DNA of 64,000 nucleotides, taken from assembly GCA_002104945.1 (NCBI GenBank), contig MCFH01000002.1, forward strand, positions 992,001 to 1,056,000. Reading direction: 5' to 3'. Under the pieces are notes generated by a model. The model was not told the origin of the DNA. It did not search any database and saw nothing but the letters and a program-made list of their open reading frames with translations. The position numbers and the translations under genes were made by a program. How positions within the stretch are numbered: position 1 is the stretch's first letter; the number at the start of each line of letters is the position of its first letter. Below are positions 48,530 through 64,000 of the stretch, one piece after another. The DNA comes from Piromyces finnis finn (Eukaryota > Fungi > Neocallimastigomycota).

Positions 48530-49030
48530 AGGAATAGTAACAATAGTAGTAATAATAATTACAATAGTAATAGTAACAATAGTAATAATAACAATAATAG
48601 TAGTAGAAATAATAATATTAGTAATGATAGCAATAGTGAAGATAATAATTCTAATTTAGATAGTAATTTAGTTAATGATAGTAATAGTTCTAATAATCCG
48701 GTGAATATTAATGTGTATGATTATTCTAGTGTGTGCAGTAAAATATTTAAATTCCTTCTTGGGGGAAGAAGTTTTAACAATATCAATTACAATTCAAGGG
48801 AATGGAAAGAACTTTGCAAGTGTCAGATTCAATCTGGCACTAACGAAGGAACACCATTCTTGACGGTAACCACGGAACTTCTAACCAAAATCATGCCTTT
48901 TGCTATTGGCCAGCAATGGTCAATGTTCAAAAGGTTTGAAGCAACATCCAAGAGCGTCAATGCTGAAGAAACAGTAAGACAGGCCAGGAGGGCCAGCGCA
49001 ACCAATGGAGATCATAATTTTGTTCCATGA
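48530..49030 (+). other. Unidentified open frame: Asn/Ser-rich low-complexity stretch followed by a GC-richer segment; possible mobile-element or gene relic
   Basis: Frame is open from ~48530 to TGA 49028-49030 with no ATG start (track start is GTG). 48800-49065 is visibly more GC-rich than its flanks. No motif recognised. Confidence 0.3.
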
Positions 49031-49974
49031 CAAAATTTTGATCTTTGGCTCGGTGTCCCATTAGAAGTCAAATACAATTATTATATTTTAGTATAATAGT
49101 GGCTTTCTTACTTTAATTAAAATTACTAGAATACATTATACCCAATTTTTATTCATTTGTGTTTATTTAAACATATTTTTTTTATTTTTATTTTATTTTT
49201 TAATTTTTATATTACATGTATTATAATTTTAATTAAATTAATAATAAAGTTTAAAATATTTGATGCTGTTAAAAAAAAAAAAAAAAAAAATGAAGAATTA
49301 TTAATGAAACTATATAAACAAATTAATATTCTATTTTTTTTTTTAATCTTAATAAATATTTTAATATTAAACTTAGGTTTTTTCATATATATTTAAAAAA
49401 TTATGAATAAAAGAGATTGATACAAATTTCATTTTAATTATTTTATAATAAAATAAAATAGAATTAATTATATGAAAAATTGGGTTAAAATTGTAATATT
49501 TAAAAATAAATATTAAATTTTTGATAATCAATACTTAAACTTGATATTTGAAATGCTAATGAAAAAAATTTACTTCGAATAAGTTTAATTAAATAAATAA
49601 AAAAGTTTATTCCATTAAAGTAGTTTTTTTTTTTTTTTAATTCCTGTCTTCAAATACCAGAGTATTGAATATTGACATTACTTTAAATCAATATTGAAAT
49701 TTTAAAAAATCTCTAAAATTCTTTTATATGATTGGCTTGAATAAAATAATATATTTAAATTCCATTGGTTATAATAATAAAATATATTATAATATATTAT
49801 TTAATTATATGTTTATTAAATAACATTTTTTTTTTAATTTTTTTTTTTAAATATTTTAAAATATATAGTCTTAACTTGTTAAGAAACGTTTTAGCAAATT
49901 AGAATTTGTTATAATTAATAAGTTTTGACAATTTATTTATTAATATATTATTTATATAAAAGAAGAAAAGAAAA

Positions 49975-52900
49975 ATGGCAAAGAGAAAGTCACAGGTTTA
50001 TAATTATATATATATATATATAATTGATAAAAATAATTTTTTCTTTAATATCAATGGAAATATTAATTTAAATGTGAATGATATATATTATATACAAATA
50101 AATAGAATAATTCTAAACATGATACAAAAAGAGTTAAATTTGAAGATGAAAATATTGAAAATGAAGAAGTAGAAGAAACTTTTGAAGGTATATTTTAAAT
50201 GCAAAATCTTTAATTAAAATATAAAATATAATTTAAATTTCCCAATTTAAAATTAGGAATTTTAAAATTTTTATTCGAAATAATATCAATTCTTATATTT
50301 ATAAAACAATTTAATTTAATATGTGAATGATAATATAAATGAAATTTGAATATTAAATATACGTGTATTTCAAATCTAAAGATTTTGAAGATATAGAAGA
50401 TGAAGATAAAATAGAAGAAATTGAAGAAGAAGAAGATGAAGAAGATGATGATGAAGACGAAGACGATGAAGACGATGAAGACGAAGATGAAGATGAAGAA
50501 ATGGACAATGAAGGTGTTCCTGTAGAAAGAAAGAAATCAAAATCATTATCAGATAATTCAAAATATTATAAAGCTCCAACAAATGAAGAAATTCAACAAC
50601 TTCGTGAAACAACAGAATTATTCAATACAAATATATTTAGACTTCAAGTAATTATTGAAATAAAAAATTTTTTTATATTGTTTATGAATTTTTCTATTTT
50701 AAAGTAATTTCATGTAAAAATTATTTCATTAATTTCTATTCATTTTTATAAATCCAATTAAATTTCAAAATCATTAAAGATTGATGAATTATTATCTGAA
50801 GTTAAAATAGGCCCAAAGAAGACAGTTGTTTTAGAAAAAGCTTTACACAAGTTAAAGAATATTTTAGATAACATGAAATCAATTCCAGAAAAAAGTGTAA
50901 GTTTCGAGTTTTTTAAATTTTTTACTCGTATAAGAACATTTCTTTTTAAATTAAAATACATTATATTTTAAATATGTTGTTGTAGTTATCTGAAATTCAA
51001 AAATTAATGAAAAAGAAAAATATAAAAATTCCATTCCCTAATACTCCACCAAAAGATATTCAATATAAATTTTCTTTCAAAGCACCATCATCCGTAAATT
51101 TAGTTGGTTCATATTTACTTCAAACTGCATGTAAAAGCCCAACTATAAATAATATTGATTTAGCTGTCGAAATGCCAAAAGTAAATATTTTACAATAACA
51201 ATTGAATTATTGATGAATTAATAAAATAATAACATTGATAAATTATTTGTAATATTAATTTTAATATATTATATAATTTTTTAAAAAGGAATTATTTCAA
51301 GAAAAAGACCATATGAACTATCGTTACTTTTATAAGCGTGCTTATTATTTAGCCAATATTGCTGCTAATATTCAAGATCATAAAAAAGATTTTAAAGTTA
51401 AAATGGAATTTGATTTATTCCAAGATGATCAAAGGCAACCAGTTCTTGTATTGTATGGTGCTGGTGGTAATTATTGCATTTATTATTTTTGAATTTTTTT
51501 AATTTTATATTGACTCTTTATAATAATATTTAAAATATATTTTATTTTAAAAAATTACATTGATTAAATATTTATTCAAATATCTAAATTATAACATATA
51601 TATATTTCTTTTATATTTATTTATTATCCCTAATTATATAAAATTATTACAATATTTTGGTAAATTTGCAATGAATTATGATAAATTATAAATATAAATA
51701 TTAAATTAATGTAAAATGTGATGGCTTTAAAATCATCTTTACAATATAGATGGTTCAGAATTTGATTTCTCAAAATCATCATTTTGTATTCGTATATTAC
51801 CATCAATATCACCATCTGTTTTCCCAATTCAAAGATTAGCACCAACCAGAAATAATGTTAGACCAACAGTTGAAATGAAAACATTACCACCAACTCCATT
51901 ATATAATAATATAATTTTAACTGAAACAGCCTATGTTTCTCATTTAAACACTTTACATAGATATGTTAAATCAAGTACTTCATTTAAGGATGCTTGTATA
52001 TTGGCTAAAGTATGGTTAAATCAAAGAGATTTTAATAGTAAAAATGGTAGATTAAATGGATTTATTTTTGCTATGATAATGGCTTGGTTAATGAAGTGTG
52101 GTGGTCCAGATGGTAGTAGAAAATTAGGTGTTAGTTACAGTTCTTTCCAACTTTTCAAAATCACCATGGAATTTATTGCTAATCATGATTTTGTTAATAA
52201 ACCAATTATTATGACTGATAATCAAGAACCAATTTCACCAGAATTCACTACTGATTCATATTCAAGTACTAATGAAATTGTAATTATTGATATGACTGGA
52301 AGAGTTAATCTTGCTGCCAATATCACAAAATTTTCAATGCTTGAAGTTCAAAATGAAGCCAAGTTAACTATTCAAAATTTAACCGGTGAAGATTCAGCAG
52401 ATAAATTTGATACCCTTTTCTTACAAAAAATTAACTCATCCTTGAAGTATGATAATATTTTACGTATACCACCATTGTCTGTACCAGCTCCATTATATAC
52501 TGTTTCTGCTTCATTAGATAATCCATCTGCTTGTTTACATTTAAAGCGTAAGCTTCCAAATTTATTATCTAAGGCTTTAACTGATCGTATTATTCATATT
52601 TGTTCTTTCAATCCTGTATTACCAAAAGGTCAATATTCAATTAATAATTGGAAGATTAATGAAAAAATGCCAGAAAATAATAGTGTTATAATGATTGGTA
52701 TTAATCTTGAAGCTAACCAATCTACTAGACTTGTCGATTTTGGTCCAAGTGCTGAAGATGAAGTAGCTTCTAAAGCATTCAGAGAACTTTGGGGTGAAAA
52801 GTCTGAACTTCGTAGATTTAAGGATGGAAGTATTAAGGAAAGTGTTGTTTGGGATCTTAATCCAAATAATAATGAAAATGTCGAACGTTCCTTAATTTTA

Positions 52901-54962
52901 TCTAAAATGATTTCATTTATTCTTGAAAGACATATTGGTATTAAAACTATTTCAAGTATTCGTGATGATGAAGAAACTGATCAATCAGAAGGTAAATAAT
53001 ATATAAGATTTGATTTGAATTATTTTAATTTAATAATTTTAATATATTAAATAAATAATAATGAATTACCTCTTTATATATATATAATAATAATAGAAAC
53101 TTATGCCCATTTATTCTCTACTCAATTAAATTCATTTTTAATTCCATTTGATTCTGAATCTAGTTACACCTTTAAGGATGCTATGAATGCTTTCCATGAA
53201 TTTTCAAGAACATTACAAGGTTTAGATTCATTACCATTAGATATTGTATCTGTTCAAGCTTGTGATCCAGCATTACGTTATACTTCTGTTTTTGAACCAC
53301 AACCAATAAAAAATTCACCAGCAATTGAAATTATTATTACATTTGAACAAACTACTCGTTGGCCAGATGATTTAAAGGCTATCCAAATTATGAAATCTGC
53401 TTTCCTTATTGAACTTTCAAAGGTTTTATTAAAGAAAGAAATAATTAAGGATGCTATTATTAATGTTGGTAATAGTCAACATAAAATCGAAGCTGTAGGC
53501 TATGTTGATTTTGTTTTAGAAAGTGGATACACTTTCCGTTGTAGAATTCATCAAGAACGTGAAGAAGTTCTTTTAAAACGTATTACAGACTCCAATGCTC
53601 CACAAGCTATTGCAAAATCAAATGAATATCAAGAATGTGTTCGTGCACTTACAATTATAGATCATCATTTCAATCATGGTCCAATCCTTTCTGTTAAGAT
53701 TCAAAACCTTTGTTTGAAATTCCCATCTCTTTCCTACACCATTAGATTAGTAAAGCGTTGGCTTGCTGCTCACTTATTTAGTAAATATCATATTTCCGAT
53801 TCTATTATCGAATTAATTTGTGCTAAGGTTTACACAAATCCAAATCCATGGGATATCCCAAATAGTGGATGGGCTGGTTTCATTCATGTACTTTATCTTT
53901 TTGCTAATTGGAACTGGTCAGAAGAACCATTAATTGTTCCAATTGAATTAGAATCATTAGAACCAGGAGCTGAAGCTAAACAAACTCAAAATGAATTATT
54001 ATATGGTGAAAAGAAATGCTTTAATAGAGCTGAACTTTATCAACGTTCAAGACAAGCTTTACTTGAAATGAGAGAAGCTAAATCCAATTCAGCTATAAAA
54101 ATGAGCAAAAAGGATAAAAAGACTGTTAATACAACATCCCCAAGTATTCCACTTGTAATTGCTACTGAACTTGATCCAGAAGGCAATTATTGGACTGGTA
54201 AATCCCAAGATAGACCAACAAAAATGGTTATGAAGCGTCTTAAGTATCTTAGTCAAGCTGCTTTAACTGAAATTGAAAATATTATTTTAAAGGGTCACGA
54301 TTCAGATTTAAAGAAATTATTTGTCACACCAAAGAATAACTTTGATGTTATAATTAAATTAGATACATCAAAAATCATTAACTATAAAGAAAATCTTTAT
54401 TACGATGCTGATCACAAAGATTCCAAGAAAATAAAATACAAGAACTTAGAAATTGATCAAGAAGAAAATTATGAATTTGATCAATTTAATCCAATGGATT
54501 ATTATTTATATAATCTAAAGGTAAATTAAAAATAAATAAATGAATAAATTATTATTATTTGGATAATATTATTTCAGAAAACTAATAATTTTAATTTTTA
54601 TAAAAAAAAAAAAAAAAAAAAAAAATAGAAAACATATGGTAATATTGCTTACTTCTTCTATGATCAATATGGTGGTGACAGTATTTATGTTTTATGGAAT
54701 AGAAAAGCATTTGGTGATGTTCCACAAAATTGGAAGATTAACCTTAAATATTCTACTATGCCAATAAGCAAGGTTAGTTTAATTTTGAATATTTCATTTA
54801 AAAATTATTATATATAAAAAAAAATCATTTTATTAATTAAATTACTATTTCTTTTTATAGGATTCTGAAGATGTTAAACCAAATACCAATGCTATTTTAG
54901 GTGAAATGCAAAGACTTGGACAAGGATTTGTTAAGGGCTTTGTTATTAATAGAGAAATTTAA
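49975..54962 (+). CDS. UTP22: U3 snoRNA-associated protein 22 / nucleolar protein 6 (Nrap family), ~10 exons
   Basis: Nrap motifs APTNEEIQQLRETTELFNTNIFRLQ, VNLVGSYLL, IDLAVEMP, KDHMNYRYFYKRAYYLA, PTPLYNNIIL, FKDACILAKVWLNQR, LVDFGPSAED…FRELWGEKSELRRFKDGSIKESVVW, TIRLVKRWLAAH. Stop TAA at 54960-54962. Confidence 0.95.
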
Positions 54963-55328
54963 TTTTTATTTTAAAAAAATAGTTTTTTTTTTATCAAAGA
55001 TATATAATAGATCATAAAATAAATAAATATATTTTTTCTTCTTTTTAAATAGTTTTTATTTTAAATGTTATTACTATTTTAATTTAGTCTTTACAAAAGT
55101 TTAGTTAGATAATTCTATAAATTATAATAATTAATTTCTTTTTATTTTTAATATCATATAAATTTATTTAAATGTTTCATTCCTGTTTGTTATCCTTTTT
55201 ATTCAATAATTAAAAAATAATAAGGAATTTAATAGATTCATAAATTTGAATATAAATATAAAAATAAAAGCATCATGATTTATAATATATATTTTGGCTA
55301 TTTATTTTATTTGTTTTTTTTCTCTTTC

Positions 55329-55362
<34 letters not shown>

Positions 55363-55693
55363 GTATTTGCATTATTATACATCAAAAGTATTTAAAAAAT
55401 TTAATTTAAATTTTTCTAAAAAAGTTAAAAATATAATCAAAATTATTTTACTTTCCATATAGATTATTTAAAAATTATTAAAAAAAAAATAATAAAAACA
55501 AAGGGGATAATAAAATCTAATAATTAAGTATAATTATTAGATTATATTATTAATATAATAATTAAATACAAGACTTTTAAAAAGGAATAGTAAAAATAAA
55601 AAGAATAAATAAATAATAAAAGAGGCATAATAATAATAATAATAATATATATAAATAAATAAAAAATAAAAGTTTTAAAAATAAATAATTAAA

Positions 55694-61937
<6,244 letters not shown>

Positions 61938-63762
61938 GCACACTACATTAACACTATTTCTACTAGTAAAAAACCATAATGATTTAAAATAAAAAGAAAG
62001 AAAAGAAGTAAAGAAAATAAAAAAAAATATATATATATATATTAATAATAATAAAATTAAAATAAAAGTAAGAAATATATATTATTCATTTAAATAAGGA
62101 TTGCAATATTTTTATAAAGATAATAAAAGTAATGCATTTACATAAGTAATAATTATTAAAAACAAAAAAAAAGGAAAAGGAAAGAAAAATTAATTATTAA
62201 CATGAAATATTATAAAATAAAAAAAAAAAATAAATATTTCTTAAAATGGATCTTTTTTTTTTATTAAAAAATATTTTAATTATTTTAATTTTTTGTGTTT
62301 TTGCAACTTTAGAAGAAAGTTTAACTCATTTATATGGAACCAAAATATTTGAAAGGGTTAAAATATTAATCTACAGTTTAATAATCAAATTTTAAAATAA
62401 AAAAGCTTTTGAGTTAAAATTATTGATTTTTATATATATATTTATATATATATATAATAGCAATATTTATTGTATATGTTTCATATTCCTGATATAATGA
62501 GATAAAATAACAAAAAAGAAATAATTAAAAAAACTTGAACTATCTATAAATAGGTAAACTCTTCAATATATCAATTTATGAATAAATAAAAAAAACAAGT
62601 TCTAAAACTTTATAACTGTTTACTATCAAATCATATATATTACTATTAAAATTAAATTCAAGTATATAAATATTTATTTTTTTAAAAAAAAAATATGTAA
62701 CTATGTTAAACAATTATAATATATAGCGTAGAAATAACTTTCAAAATTAAAAAGATCATTGATAAGCATAAATATATATAGTTTATATTTCTTTATTACA
62801 TCAAACAATCAATATATTTTAATAATACGAATTTTATACCTATATATAGTTTGAAAGTAATGGTTTTTATATTATATAAGAAACAAAAGATATAATTATA
62901 TAAAAATTATTTCAATTTAAATATCACTGTTAAGTAAAAATAATAATAAATAGAGTTTATATAATTTGGTATTCATTGAAATATTTTACACAATATTCTT
63001 TTTTTTTTTTTTTGATACAGCTATTTTACATAAAAATACTTTTTATTAAACTTTAAAGGCAAATTCTACAACATTATATATTATACCAATTAATGTAATT
63101 TATAAATATATTAAATATATTAATTATATACTCTTTATTAGTAATGCTATTATTATAATATGATTATAATACTCTATTATGGAAATACTTTTTTGAATCT
63201 TATAAATTATTTAGATTATAGAAAATAGAAATAGTTACTGTACATTATTTATTGAATTAATGTATACATTGAACTTTGTATAAAAACTTTAAAAAAATTG
63301 CTTATTTATTTACTTTTATTTCTGGTAATTATTAGGCTAAGTAATTTTAAAATTACTTTTTTATCCATGATTAAATAATATATGTATTTATATATTATAA
63401 AATTAATTTATTTTAAATAGAAAGTAATAAATAAATTATTGGTTATATATAAATAAATGAATATTAATTATCTAAATAAATTATGTTTTTATGAAAATTT
63501 ATCCACAGATTTAATTAAAAAATCAAATAAATTAATATAAAAGGAAATTAAAAAATGTACATTAAAATGTACTACATATCGTAGATGCCAAATGTATAAT
63601 TTCAATAATAAACTTTGTAGAAATTAGTTTATGTTTATAGTAAAATGAAAATAATGAGAGTGATTAATAACTAATATTATATATATAAAATTAAAAATTA
63701 ATAAATAACAATATCATAACTATTACTACTATTACTACTACTATTAATAATAAAAATATTAA

Positions 63763-63763
<1 letters not shown>

Positions 63764-63848
<85 letters not shown>
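63764..63848. repeat. (AAAT)n microsatellite
   Basis: Directly visible. Confidence 0.93.
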
Positions 63849-63849
<1 letters not shown>

Positions 63850-64000
63850 AAAACATGTTTTTTATGGCTATGGCTAGATACATTTTTGAATTTTTAGTTT
63901 GTTTACCTTTAAAAAATATATTAATATTTTTATTATATTAATTATATATTCATAATAATTTTTTAAGATAATTTTTCCTTTTTTGTATAAAGAAATCGTT

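Noticed and set aside
48890-48990. Firm call of a retrotransposon integrase from CYWPAM
   Set aside because: No HHCC spacing or DDE core and the frame has stops; kept only as an unidentified fragment.
49157-49396. 79 aa ORF, along with ORFs 28920-29144 and 40599-40850
   Set aside because: Poly-A/T-driven low-complexity translations of intergenic DNA.

Overview
Extremely AT-rich, intron-rich eukaryotic DNA with no prokaryotic features. Composition, microsatellites and gene content fit an early-diverging fungus, most likely an anaerobic gut fungus (Neocallimastigomycota); this taxonomic call is inference. The standout is a ~14.3 kb, apparently intronless RNF213/mysterin-like gene (1130-15467) encoding a multi-AAA+ ATPase with an RZ-finger E3 module and no visible RING. 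It is interrupted by one in-frame TAA (2540-2542) and a frameshift or probable deletion near 15157, and is preceded by a long palindrome and a MITE-like element. Next come a CABLES-like cyclin-fold gene, a type I membrane protein with two unrecognised Cys-rich repeats plus a thrombospondin type 1 repeat, and a LAT/SLC7-type amino acid permease. These are followed by a small membrane protein, a coiled-coil protein, an 8 kb gene-free tract, a Gln-rich SAP-domain protein and an unidentified GC-richer fragment. The window ends with UTP22/NOL6 and TRAPPC11. Exon boundaries were read by eye from GT..AG sites and reading frames and are approximate unless stated.
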